Shown: piece by piece, positions 8,265-17,097 of the stretch
How the letters are laid out: each line of letters starts with the position of its first letter
Numbering within the stretch: the first letter of the stretch is position 1
The notes under the pieces: generated by a model
Databases searched by the model: none
What the model was told of the DNA's origin: nothing
The model's input: only the letters and a program-made list of their open reading frames with translations
Source: a virus
Length of the DNA stretch: 58,087 nucleotides
IMG/VR virus record: IMGVR_UViG_3300035128_000037
Location: 1 to 58,087 of that record
Strand: one strand, 5' to 3'
Made by a program: the position numbers and the translations under genes

Positions 8265-8921
8265 CTATCCATCTGTTGGGTAAATAAAGATTCGCCTTCC
8301 CTCTCGTCGAATTTCGACACCCGGGACAATGCCCTTGTCGATCCAATGTCGTAGGCACTGGCGCGCAGACGAATTATTTCCGTAATGATTCTTTGTTTTT
8401 TCAACAAGTTCTTTAAGGGTGATCCCACCCGGGTGGCGCCGCACCGTCCGCAGTACGCTTCGGCACGTAACCTTAAACGGCGTCCATTGCCCGCCGCCTG
8501 CGGTACCGGCCGCGCAGAATGTTTTATGGATTGGGCGCAGTTTTTCACGCAGTAGGCGCGACGTTTTACGGACCACCTGGGGGCGGAGCACTTCGTACAT
8601 TTCGTTGGATCGGTACCTTAATTGCAGCACGCCAATCCCAAGCATTTCGCATACCCGCTGAACCACGCGGCTTGCCTTCGGGACGGCAATACTGGCCATA
8701 TTGGCGTGTCCTTTCCATCGGTAGGCCTGGTCGATTACGCGCATGCTGGCACTTGCCTTGCACTCGACCACCCAGGCCACTGGTCCCTGAACGGCAACAA
8801 TATCGGCGCAGGCTGAACCGGAATATGGTTGGACCTCCTGATATACGTCCCATTGAAGATCGTTCAGATAAGCAATTGCTGATTTGGCGACATCTGTTTC
8901 TTTTATCCGTTTTGCAGCCAA
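8265..8921 (-). CDS. PD-(D/E)xK-type nuclease-like protein with C-terminal winged-helix-like domain
   Basis: ADIVAV...WVVECK resembles the D...ExK nuclease core. The C-terminus is basic. Confidence 0.45.
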   Translation of the reverse strand: MAAKRIKETDVAKSAIAYLNDLQWDVYQEVQPYSGSACADIVAVQGPVAWVVECKASASMRVIDQAYRWKGHANMASIAVPKASRVVQRVCEMLGIGVLQLRYRSNEMYEVLRPQVVRKTSRLLREKLRPIHKTFCAAGTAGGGQWTPFKVTCRSVLRTVRRHPGGITLKELVEKTKNHYGNNSSARQCLRHWIDKGIVPGVEIRREGRRIFIYPTDG

Positions 8922-9074
8922 TTAAACCTCCATCCCCATATCATTGAGGCGTTCAACGGTTTCTTGCCAATCGGCCGGGGGATCGTCGCTGTTGTTCATG
9001 TGGGCGATCTCCTGGGCGATGTAATTGGGGAACATTGGATCATAAAGAACCGAGTTCTCTGTTGCCCTTGAAAC

Positions 9075-9560
9075 TTATTCCGCAAAATGGTCAGATACGC
9101 CGTGATTCTCAAATTTTATAACAGGCCACCATTCCAATAATTCATAGTTTTTCAATTCGACCGGACCAACATGGTTAGGATCAAAGGCGTGTTTGCCATC
9201 CCAATAAAGGCAATGTGTTATGCCATCAAATAGCGATGATTCGACAAGTATTAGCGCTCTTAGCGAAAAGGGGACTTGGACATCGATGCGCTCGTATTTA
9301 TCGACAATATCTGCTTTCATTCCAGAAACATTAGCGCCGACAACGCCTAAAGTGTAATGGCGAGATGCGAGATATAAATTAATCTCATCCATGGTGAATC
9401 CACGATATTTATCGGGGTGTTTAGACCACTCAACTTTGGCACTCCCGTCGTGTCCCACGAATGAAATTACATCTTCAAGCGTTTCTCCTGTGATTGTAGC
9501 CGCCACACACGCATAACAAGACCAAACATCTTTTTGCCTAACGATCTCCACGGTTCGCAC
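9075..9560 (-). CDS. Papain-like (C39-like) cysteine peptidase
   Basis: QKDVWSCYACVAATI (Gln...Cys) and downstream THCLYWDG (His), as in C39-type peptidase domains. Confidence 0.45.
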   Translation of the reverse strand: MRTVEIVRQKDVWSCYACVAATITGETLEDVISFVGHDGSAKVEWSKHPDKYRGFTMDEINLYLASRHYTLGVVGANVSGMKADIVDKYERIDVQVPFSLRALILVESSLFDGITHCLYWDGKHAFDPNHVGPVELKNYELLEWWPVIKFENHGVSDHFAE

Positions 9561-9634
9561 CCCCTATCAATACTGTTTAATATCGTTTAGCCCCCCACCA
9601 AACCCCACCCCGTAGGATGGGGTTCAGTTGAACG

Positions 9635-9979
9635 CTAACCCACTTGCCTTTTACTGGACCACTGCACTCCATGGTCCCCCAAAATATGACAAGAATAACA
9701 CCCCCAAGTCAGATTCGACATATCGTCTGAACCACCGGACCCTCTTGATTTTAGGTGGACAACATGGCCGCACCGGAACACATCGAAAAGACCGTCCTCA
9801 TCATAAAGAGGGGAATAATTTCCGCACCGTTGACAGATACCTTTTTCTCTTTCAAACACCTGCCGGCGCAGGTCGGTCTTTGCCTTTCCTGATACCCGCT
9901 TGGGGATTATTTTCGGAAAAGGGGCTTCCGCATAATACTGTTTCAGGTGGCCCCTTCTCTCTCTGGATCGTCTGCTCAT
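9635..9979 (-). CDS. HNH endonuclease
   Basis: CQRCG...GHVVHLKSRGSGGSDDMSNLTWGCYSCH (CxxC, H...N...CxxCH). Confidence 0.75.
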   Translation of the reverse strand: MSRRSRERRGHLKQYYAEAPFPKIIPKRVSGKAKTDLRRQVFEREKGICQRCGNYSPLYDEDGLFDVFRCGHVVHLKSRGSGGSDDMSNLTWGCYSCHILGDHGVQWSSKRQVG

Positions 9980-9992
9980 GGATAAAGCCCTC

Positions 9993-10439
9993 CTAATGAA
10001 ACGACTTGAAATCTATTTTGTGCAGCTCAGGAGAATCGATATCGAACAATCCAAGCTGGCCGCGCCATGGGATAAAGTCAATCTTGCGAACCTGGTTGAT
10101 CAACAATCCGACCGGCCCGAAGAACCATGGAGATTCAGACCGCCTGACGGCGCCTGTCATATAACCCATCGCAACGACACCACCGGTTCCGAATCCGTTC
10201 ATTTTCAGAAAAAAATCCTGTTCGTCGGGAAATGACATTTCAGGAATGTCGAGTAAATTACAGTGTTCGGAGAGCCACACATAACCGTCTCTGTCAAATG
10301 TTTTCGATGCATGGATTAGAATAGGGCCTTTGTATTTCGGCAGATAACGCCATTCACGATTTTCAACATCTTTTCCGTGAAGAAAAGCCCATGCCCATGG
10401 TTGCTTGATGCTTAATGCTTTCATCACCCCACCATCCAT
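9993..10439 (-). CDS. ASCH (PUA-like) domain protein
   Basis: MKALSIKQPWAWAFLHGKDVENR matches the ASCH N-terminal signature. The start may be the ATG at 10424. Confidence 0.6.
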   Translation of the reverse strand: MDGGVMKALSIKQPWAWAFLHGKDVENREWRYLPKYKGPILIHASKTFDRDGYVWLSEHCNLLDIPEMSFPDEQDFFLKMNGFGTGGVVAMGYMTGAVRRSESPWFFGPVGLLINQVRKIDFIPWRGQLGLFDIDSPELHKIDFKSFH

Positions 10440-10458
10440 GTTGCCGGTATCTCTGGTT

Positions 10459-10929
10459 TCATTTCAAATCCCTCAAAAGCTGCAGGTAACGGTCAACTGA
10501 AGACTGACCTGTTTTAAAGTTCGGTTCGATTCCTACCAGCCCGGCATGGAATTCGAGTGCCTGGGTGATAAACCGGTGACTACGGTCCTGGTGGCAATTC
10601 TCATATTTCAAAGAGTCGGTAGGAAACTGAATGCCGCCGTCAGGTCTTACGATCGGATCACCGCGAAGGAAACCGAACTTGCACTTTGTCAACTCATCGA
10701 CCTTAATAGGGTGGTTCAGGTTATCATCTTCAAAGGCTTGACTGCTGATGTAGTCCACAGATCCCTTGTAGGCGCACAGCTCCCTGTAGGATCTCATCTT
10801 CTCGGCGCCGACACCAGTACCGCGGAAACGGACCACCTTTCCCTCCTGGTACTTGTAGCCCTCCATGCGGTCATATTCAGACCATGGTTGCCAGATGCCA
10901 CCTTTTCTTGTGAGTAGGATGTCGATCAT
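10459..10929 (-). CDS. Hypothetical protein
   Basis: 156-aa ORF whose start overlaps the stop of the upstream gene. Confidence 0.6.
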   Translation of the reverse strand: MIDILLTRKGGIWQPWSEYDRMEGYKYQEGKVVRFRGTGVGAEKMRSYRELCAYKGSVDYISSQAFEDDNLNHPIKVDELTKCKFGFLRGDPIVRPDGGIQFPTDSLKYENCHQDRSHRFITQALEFHAGLVGIEPNFKTGQSSVDRYLQLLRDLK

Positions 10930-11642
10930 CTATCAATGGCCCAATTCAGTGCTTCGATGATATCTCCCAGCTGCGCGCAGTCCTTGCACCCCTTCCCCTC
11001 GGGAGGGGGATTCTCGAGGGAGAGGATACCTTTCGCCCTGGACAGAACCTCGGCAAACTTACTTGGGTTGATTTCGATATCCAGCTGATGGGTTTTAAAC
11101 TCCATACTGAATCCCTCGGCCGACAACAGGTGTCCCCACACATCCGGCGATGTTTGAGGCTCACAGTACACCAGCGGAATTGCAACGACGCGATCGCCGA
11201 AACCCTGCTGTATCCAAGCAGAGGCGTTCTGTTGAACCTCGTACATGGGTAACAGCTTGTCCTGGTTCTTGGTCCATTTTGCCGTTTTGTAGTCCGGGAT
11301 GACTATTGAACCGTCCTTGTTTCGAATGATGTCATCGGCAACCGTGCGGACCGTGATTCCGGTGAGCGGATCTGTGCGAAAATATTTCTTCCAGTGAGGC
11401 GTCGGAAGATAATCAGCTGCGTTTTTCAGCGCCGGGATCCAGGGGGGAGGCTCCTTGAAGTGGTCGAACCATGCATGGACGGCCTTCTTTTGATAGCTGT
11501 CCAAGCTTGAGAAAATGCCCGGAAAAATCTGCCACGGCACCTTGAGCTTGTTCTTGATCCAAAAGCACCGTTCGCAGGCGTCCTCAAGCATCAGGGCCCC
11601 CAGGTTCTTTGCCGAAATGGTGATATCTAATGGTTTTGACAT
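10926..11642 (-). CDS. Cas4/RecB-like PD-(D/E)xK exonuclease with Cys cluster
   Basis: N-terminal CERC, C-terminal CKDC and central IPDYKTAK, as in Cas4-type nucleases. Confidence 0.55.
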   Translation of the reverse strand: MSKPLDITISAKNLGALMLEDACERCFWIKNKLKVPWQIFPGIFSSLDSYQKKAVHAWFDHFKEPPPWIPALKNAADYLPTPHWKKYFRTDPLTGITVRTVADDIIRNKDGSIVIPDYKTAKWTKNQDKLLPMYEVQQNASAWIQQGFGDRVVAIPLVYCEPQTSPDVWGHLLSAEGFSMEFKTHQLDIEINPSKFAEVLSRAKGILSLENPPPEGKGCKDCAQLGDIIEALNWAIDR

Positions 11643-11652
11643 GATTCCTCCT

Positions 11653-11901
11653 TTATGGTGTTGGTATTATAAAAAGATTTGCTTGGTGATGAAGTAGTTT
11701 TGATGTAACTCTGGCGAGAACTCCACCGCACAGTGATTGCTTGAGAGCACCGACTATTTTTTCAGCCTCTTTTTCGTATAGAGCAGCGGATTCTTTTAGG
11801 TCGTTGGATGACGGTATTTCTTCGGTTATGTCAATTACGACACCGTTGACTTTTACGGCACCTATTCCTTGGGCTTTGTATGCTTTTATTTTAGTATCCA
11901 C
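11653..11901 (-). CDS. Hypothetical protein
   Basis: 82-aa ORF in the operon orientation. Confidence 0.5.
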   Translation of the reverse strand: MDTKIKAYKAQGIGAVKVNGVVIDITEEIPSSNDLKESAALYEKEAEKIVGALKQSLCGGVLARVTSKLLHHQANLFIIPTP

Positions 11902-11911
11902 GCTATTCTCC

Positions 11912-12602
11912 TCAGTGCGCGTAAGTAGGTATCCCGGTTAATCTCTGGATCTCCTTGACGAACATATCGGGATCCCCGTTCGATTTTGATATGTGTATCA
12001 ACCTGATCTCCCTGCATCCTGACATATCGTTTGCCCTGATGAAGTCCTTCACGTTCTGCAGGGAAAAGTGAGAGCGCTGGATCCTCTTTTTCAGGTACGG
12101 CTTAATCCCTGGCATCCAGGTTTCGTCTGAATAGTTGCACTCAATGGCCAGGATGTTGATACCGGCGAAACGGTTCTTGATGTAGAAAGAGTCTGTAATA
12201 TAGAGAAGCTTTTCTCCTGATGGTCCAGTTATGAAAAACCCGAAAGGTTCTGCAGCGTCGTGCTGAGTATTGAATGGAACTGCTTTGAAATTTCCTACAC
12301 TGAATAGTTTCATGGCCTCTACCGGATGGGCTTTGTGCCCACTTACACCGAGACTTTTGAGGGTTCCTTTTGATGCATAAACATCGACCGACTTTTTCAT
12401 GATATCGTTGATTGCTTTACAATGATCCTTTCGGTCAGTGCTCATGAGAAACAAGACAGCCTTGCATCTCATGAACTTTAAAACCTCCTTTCTCAGATAT
12501 CTTTTTGATGGGTATTCCGCACTCGATCATCAGTTTATGTCCTGAGTCCTCTATGATGTAGCAGTTTCCCGAGCTGCCGCTAGCGAGTGACATCATTTTC
12601 AT
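11912..12602 (-). pseudogene. Metallo-beta-lactamase-fold hydrolase split by a frameshift inside the HxHxDH motif
   Basis: Frame A (12435..12602) reads MKMMSLASGSSGNCYIIEDSGHKLMIECG...CLVSHEH*. Frame B (11912..12472) continues ...TDRKDHCKAIN... The frames meet at about 12435-12445. Confidence 0.6.
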
Positions 12603-12724
12603 TTCGATTTCTTTCTATTCCAATAGGGGCTTTTGCATTTCGGGCATATCGTGATGACCTCTTTTCTTGGAGTCCATTTGTGTCCGCACCTTTTGCATTT
12701 AAGTTTTTGGAGTTTTAACTTCAT
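12599..12724 (-). CDS. Small zinc-ribbon protein (41 aa)
   Basis: Hand translation MKLKLQKLKCKRCGHKWTPRKEVITICPKCKSPYWNRKKSK. Its stop overlaps the MBL start (ATGA). Confidence 0.55.
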   Translation of the reverse strand: MKLKLQKLKCKRCGHKWTPRKEVITICPKCKSPYWNRKKSK

Positions 12725-12796
12725 TCCTTAAGGTACCCCCTATGAGTAAGTTTGTCAGCAGCTATAATAGCTTTTGAATTGCATGCGCACCCCTGG

Positions 12797-12940
12797 TCAC
12801 TGCGTTGCCAAAAATGCTTGCAATTGAGGCAGTTTTACGAAGATCAGATATCCAAACAGCAACCCATTTACGAACCACAGTGCGGCGTTCTGGAATGGGA
12901 GCGGAATGGATTCGATCTTGCCTTTAAGCTTGTTTAGCAT
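12797..12940 (-). CDS. Small membrane protein (47 aa)
   Basis: Hand translation MLNKLKGKIESIPLPFQNAALWFVNGLLFGYLIFVKL... AAGGGGG SD. Preferred over the opposite-strand ORF 12752..12937. Confidence 0.4.
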   Translation of the reverse strand: MLNKLKGKIESIPLPFQNAALWFVNGLLFGYLIFVKLPQLQAFLATQ

Positions 12941-12958
12941 GTTACCCCCTTACGTGCT

Positions 12959-13429
12959 TCACATATGCATGACAGCAGATAGCCCTTTGATTCGTTGGAA
13001 TTTTTCTTTAATGTCTATAATTGCGAGGACTTCATCCATGTTGCAGCAGATATAGTCCAACATTTTGACCATCAGTTCCGGCTCGCCGTTTTCAAGCAGT
13101 AGGATGGTGGTTTTACCCGCACCGGCACCCCACCCCATTTCAAGTGATGCACTGCGCCCGAACGGTTGAACGCCGACGAAAATGTCTGCCTGCTCCATAA
13201 CCTCGAAATCTGATTCGTAACCCGCCTCTGCAATAGGATGGCTCAAGCATTCCCTGTACTTTTTAGGTGTCCACTGCTTCCAGTTCGGTTCGATCTCCGA
13301 CCAGTGAAACCCCTGGTCACCCTCGCGCGGATTTTTGAAGTCGTAGACCTCATGCCCCGCTTCTCGCAGAGCGGTTATCACTTTCGGCTGGATCTCGTTT
13401 CGCCAGCTACTTGCGACATATATTTTCAA
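12959..13429 (-). CDS. Nucleoside 2-deoxyribosyltransferase-like protein
   Basis: TTG start after AAGGAGGG. MKIYVASSWRN...GHEVYDF...SASLEMGWGAGAGK resembles the deoxyribosyltransferase-like fold. Confidence 0.55.
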   Translation of the reverse strand: MKIYVASSWRNEIQPKVITALREAGHEVYDFKNPREGDQGFHWSEIEPNWKQWTPKKYRECLSHPIAEAGYESDFEVMEQADIFVGVQPFGRSASLEMGWGAGAGKTTILLLENGEPELMVKMLDYICCNMDEVLAIIDIKEKFQRIKGLSAVMHM

Positions 13430-13445
13430 AACACCCTCCTTGGTT

Positions 13446-13466
13446 CGAAAAACCTATCCCTACGTT
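13446..13466 (-). repeat. 21-nt perfect repeat CGAAAAACCTATCCCTACGTT, copy 1
   Basis: Identical to 20049..20069. Both lie 17-27 nt upstream of minus-strand gene starts. Confidence 0.9.
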
Positions 13467-13528
13467 GTTGGCCATGGGGTCCCACCCACCATTACCCGTC
13501 CGGCCGTGCATACCCACTCGGCTATTGT

Positions 13529-14527
13529 CTAAAATGAGGGCTTGGGCTTTCCCTGCCCTGTGTCCTTGCCGCTATCGTCCTCGTTCTGGTCCACCTGTTC
13601 ATCGTTTTCAGAGATCGCCCCATTTTCGGACTCTGCGGCGTTCTTCTGAATGCCCATATCTATCAGTTCACCCTGGTTCGCCTCCTTCTCGATCTCAGAT
13701 TTGTAATCGATCTCGTTATGGCCGGCATCCATGGCCGCGTACTCGTCGGCTTCGACCTGGGAAAACGAGGCGTTTATCTTCTTAGGATCAAGCACGATCT
13801 TTTTTACCGTCTGGTGCACAACCGTTTTGAGTTGCATGTCAGCCTCGTATGGCCCCCAAAACTTGGTGGTTCCGGATTTCGACTTGGCCCTGTTGAAGTC
13901 GGCAACGGTCAGGATGACCAGCTTGTTGAGTTCGCTGTTCTCGTACATGATGTATCCGAAGCCGCCGACAACTTTACCGCGGTCGAAAGGTTTTGGGATC
14001 TCAAATTCATAAGACTCAACCGCGTTGTCTATCGATTTTTTGATGACGGCGAACCTGTCGTTTTCGTGAACCAACTCATAGATGATGTCTACCGGAGGAT
14101 TCAGAGCCATTTTCCGGTAATAATAATCCTTTCCGGCGTACCCCACGCGCAGATCAACGTCATATTTTCCGGTTTTCCCGTTCAAATAGGGGATAGGATG
14201 GATATGATTCGGGATAAGCGCGTCGAGGCCGAGTTCAATTCGATGCATGGAATCGATAGCCAGCTTAGCAAGGTTGGCGTTTTCCCATGTGATGGGCAGG
14301 TTATTGGGGTTCTTCTTTGCCCTGTCGGTATCCAGGGCCCTCAATTGGAAGTCGATCTTCAGGAACATATGTTGTGCAAGCCGGCGCTGGTATCCGTCCA
14401 GGTTCACCTTGCCGCCGTCCTGGGCGTACTCTTTCATCACCATGTTGGTGAATCGTTCAGATTGATTCAGCTGGGTTTTTGTAAGGGCATTTTCCTCAAC
14501 CGGTGGTTTCTCGTTTTTGGTTGCCAT
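13529..14527 (-). CDS. recT: RecT-family single-strand annealing recombinase
   Basis: GGGAGGT SD then ATG 14527. RecT-like core (...GLDALIP...VGYAGKDYY...FWGPY...MQLKTVVHQ) with an acidic C-terminal tail. Confidence 0.7.
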   Translation of the reverse strand: MATKNEKPPVEENALTKTQLNQSERFTNMVMKEYAQDGGKVNLDGYQRRLAQHMFLKIDFQLRALDTDRAKKNPNNLPITWENANLAKLAIDSMHRIELGLDALIPNHIHPIPYLNGKTGKYDVDLRVGYAGKDYYYRKMALNPPVDIIYELVHENDRFAVIKKSIDNAVESYEFEIPKPFDRGKVVGGFGYIMYENSELNKLVILTVADFNRAKSKSGTTKFWGPYEADMQLKTVVHQTVKKIVLDPKKINASFSQVEADEYAAMDAGHNEIDYKSEIEKEANQGELIDMGIQKNAAESENGAISENDEQVDQNEDDSGKDTGQGKPKPSF

Positions 14528-14534
14528 CTCTGTT

Positions 14535-16571
14535 TTACCTCCCTTCAAATCTGAGTTCTTTATCTTTATCGCTGACAATAAGCCTGATGGTCTGGGAGCC
14601 AGACTCAAGCAGCTGGGTGACAGACTCGGCATTGTCGACGAACTTGACCATGCTGATGCCGTAGAAAGACGATAGTACGTTTTGGATATCGATTCCGACG
14701 TTCAGGCGCGAGGCGTTGTTCATCGTATTGTACTGTACGCCATCATGGGTGGCCACGCATACCGGCTCAATACCTCCGTTGATCTGCTTTTCGAACAGCT
14801 TGAACCTGGTGATAAGGAACTTGTCGTTGATTGAATCCTCGATCATGCGGGTCTTGGCCTGTTCGAACTCTCCAATCAGGTACAGCTCATGTTCCAGGCG
14901 CTCAAACTCCTTGGCGAGATTATTTTCCTCGTCGCGCAGTTCCTCTACGCGCTTTTCGGAAGTGGCCGCGGCCTCTATTTTCAGCTTTTCGGCCTTGAGA
15001 TCGTCGAGTGCCTTTTCGGCCTCGTCCACTTCGGCCTGTGCCTCTGTTGTGTCAGGCGAGTCGACCTCTTTTATGTGGTCGATCTTTCCCTTTATCGTTT
15101 CGACAGCGCGCTTCAGATCGTTGAGGGTCTTGTCGGGATGCTGTTTTGGTTCGACCGGGGCAACCTCTATGATTTCCGTGAGGGCTTTGGAAAGGTCCGA
15201 TTTCTGGCTTTCGAGGGAAACGAGTTTTTCGTTGATCTTCTCCAGTTCGTCGAGGCCCTTTTTAAGAGACGCCTGGCGCAATTCAAGGATGGCTTTTTTC
15301 TCTATTCCCTCCTCGTTTATTGCCTTGAATGTGTCGGCCTGGGCCTCGTTGAACTCGGCAAGCGCTTTTTCACTGGCTGCCTTTTGATCCTCCTCCGGTA
15401 TCGGTTGGCCGCAGCGTGAACATATGCCCTCAACGTCTGGAACGAACGTCTTTTCAGCTTCCGCATTAAACCGGGATCTCAGTTCAGCCAGATTCTTTTC
15501 TAATGAGGTTATGTCCTTTTCCAGCTCGGCGTTTTTGTCCTTTACCTCGCGCTGTTTGGCCTTCTGGTCCGATACCTTTTTAGAGGCGGTTTCGACATTT
15601 TTAGTTGCCTTGTCGATTTTCTCCTGACGCTCTTTGGCGATGGCATCCACCAGAATCTGGTGATCTTTTTTGAGTTGAGTCTCCCGGTCGATTACGGAGG
15701 CCTCGGCCTCGGCCAGCTTCTTTTTCAGGTCCGATATGGCGCCCGCGCTAAGGGCCTCTTTTTTCTTCCTGAGAACCTTGTCGGCCGACTTGATCTCCTC
15801 GAGGACCGTATCGTAATCCCTGAGAGAATCATCCTTGTCGCGGGTGCGCTCGTCGATCCTGGCCGGTATCTTGTCCAGCTCCTTGTTGATTTTGGTTTGG
15901 CGCTCCTTGGCTATTTTGCGATGATCGTCAAATGATCTCTTTTTGAGGATTTCGATCATGGCGGCATAGCCCGGGTCCAGTTCACCGTCAGGAAACATCC
16001 GGCGAATGACATCCTCGTCACTCAGATCAACTCCGCACACCTCGAAAAGGAGCTTTCTCCTGGCCTCTTGCTGGGTGCATTTCTTGCCGTTGTAGGTTGT
16101 CAGCACCTCGTTGAAAAATCTCGGGTTGGTCAGCAGCTTGAACGTCAATTCGGGGCAGATATCATCGACAACCCTTTTGAATTCCTTCTCCTGCAGCGGC
16201 ACCCCGTCAACGTAATAATCGTTTTTGTTGCCGGTGAAGGTGTCATGGGCATCACCGCGATGGCGCACCCATGTTTCGGTGTGGACCTTTTTGAGGGATT
16301 TTTCAACTCCATCGATAATCAGGACGGCCTCAACCATGTGCTCCTCGTCACCAGATACCACCTCCCCGTTTTCATCGACCGTTTTTATCTGAAAGTTCGC
16401 TTGGTCGAGAGAGTCCTTGTTGAAAAGGAGCCAGTAGAAAGCGTCGGCAAGGCGGGTCTTTCCACTCTTGTTATCACCAAAAACATCGGTGTCATGGCCG
16501 TCCGGTTCAATCGTCAGGCTGCCGCCCTTGAAATTTTTCAATGATAGTCTTTTTAGCCGAATTTCCTTCAT
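14535..16571 (-). CDS. SMC/Rad50/SbcC-like ATPase with coiled coil and CxxC hook
   Basis: Walker A GDNKSGKT. Long Glu/Lys-rich coiled coil interrupted by CSRCGQP. C-terminal ATPase lobe. Confidence 0.7.
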   Translation of the reverse strand: MKEIRLKRLSLKNFKGGSLTIEPDGHDTDVFGDNKSGKTRLADAFYWLLFNKDSLDQANFQIKTVDENGEVVSGDEEHMVEAVLIIDGVEKSLKKVHTETWVRHRGDAHDTFTGNKNDYYVDGVPLQEKEFKRVVDDICPELTFKLLTNPRFFNEVLTTYNGKKCTQQEARRKLLFEVCGVDLSDEDVIRRMFPDGELDPGYAAMIEILKKRSFDDHRKIAKERQTKINKELDKIPARIDERTRDKDDSLRDYDTVLEEIKSADKVLRKKKEALSAGAISDLKKKLAEAEASVIDRETQLKKDHQILVDAIAKERQEKIDKATKNVETASKKVSDQKAKQREVKDKNAELEKDITSLEKNLAELRSRFNAEAEKTFVPDVEGICSRCGQPIPEEDQKAASEKALAEFNEAQADTFKAINEEGIEKKAILELRQASLKKGLDELEKINEKLVSLESQKSDLSKALTEIIEVAPVEPKQHPDKTLNDLKRAVETIKGKIDHIKEVDSPDTTEAQAEVDEAEKALDDLKAEKLKIEAAATSEKRVEELRDEENNLAKEFERLEHELYLIGEFEQAKTRMIEDSINDKFLITRFKLFEKQINGGIEPVCVATHDGVQYNTMNNASRLNVGIDIQNVLSSFYGISMVKFVDNAESVTQLLESGSQTIRLIVSDKDKELRFEGR

Positions 16572-16604
16572 CCTGATGCCTCCTTTTTTTGTTGTTGATC
16601 AGTC

Positions 16605-16637
16605 CCATGGCCAGGTTTATCGGGCCGGAAAACCTGG
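16605..16637 (-). promoter_or_regulatory. Perfect 11-bp stem-loop between two leftward genes
   Basis: TGGCCAGGTTT (16605-16615) pairs with AAACCTGGCCA (16627-16637) around an 11-nt loop. No U-tract follows on the transcribed strand. Confidence 0.4.
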
Positions 16638-16649
16638 CCAAAGCATTGA

Positions 16650-17060
16650 TCAAGCAGCTTCCTGAAACCGACGCATATGGATTGAGCGGAAATACATCAC
16701 CTGATCGTATGTGGTTCGCAGCGTTTTGGCGAATGTCCGGAAATCCCTGAACAGGATCTCGTAATAGTCTTCCATTCCTTCCGGTGGCGCGAACTCAAGT
16801 TCTTTCTGCTCATGGTACGCGGGCCCGTCGAAAAGGGTGTATTTGTCCTTCTCGTTCACCTCGTCCAGCTTGAACTTTATGCCCACTTCAACGTCAATCG
16901 CGCCGGATCGATTGGACGGCTTGAACTTTACCGGAAGGCTGACAGGAAGATCACCCTCGCACTTCGTGTAAGCCTCGTCCATGGCGCGCCTGTTTTGCCT
17001 GAGTTTTCCGGATACCCTTTCGATCACCTGTTCTATAATCGCGTTGTTGATGCTTGCCAT
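16650..17060 (-). CDS. Hypothetical protein
   Basis: 136-aa ORF with SD. Confidence 0.6.
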   Translation of the reverse strand: MASINNAIIEQVIERVSGKLRQNRRAMDEAYTKCEGDLPVSLPVKFKPSNRSGAIDVEVGIKFKLDEVNEKDKYTLFDGPAYHEQKELEFAPPEGMEDYYEILFRDFRTFAKTLRTTYDQVMYFRSIHMRRFQEAA

Positions 17061-17097
17061 GATATATGGCCTCCTTTTCGGTTAATTTGTTTATAGG

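Noticed and set aside
8419-8947. Plus-strand ORFs (8419..8661, 8519..8947, 8622..8816) and the minus-strand alternate-frame ORF 8566..8853 within the nuclease gene
   Set aside because: This stretch is GC-rich with several open frames. Only 8265..8921 fits the operon spacing and has a nuclease-like motif.
9600-9625. Hairpin AACCCCA...TGGGGTT between the HNH and peptidase genes, considered as a terminator
   Set aside because: Only a 7-bp stem, and no U-tract follows on the transcribed (minus) strand. It is too weak to call.
10520-10545. GGTTCGATTCC T-loop-like string on the plus strand
   Set aside because: The flanking bases cannot form a T-stem or acceptor stem. It lies inside the coding sequence of 10459..10929.
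12752-12937. 61-aa plus-strand ORF in the leftward operon
   Set aside because: It has a TTG start without an SD, on the opposite strand to all its neighbours. The overlapping 47-aa minus-strand ORF has an AAGGGGG SD and a TM segment.
13718-15419. Long plus-strand ORFs (13718..14554, 14716..15387, 14889..15419) antisense to recT and the Rad50-like ATPase
   Set aside because: Their translations are low-complexity (Ser/Phe/Leu-rich) mirror images of Glu/Lys-rich coiled-coil coding sequence. They have no SD. The minus-strand genes have clear family motifs.
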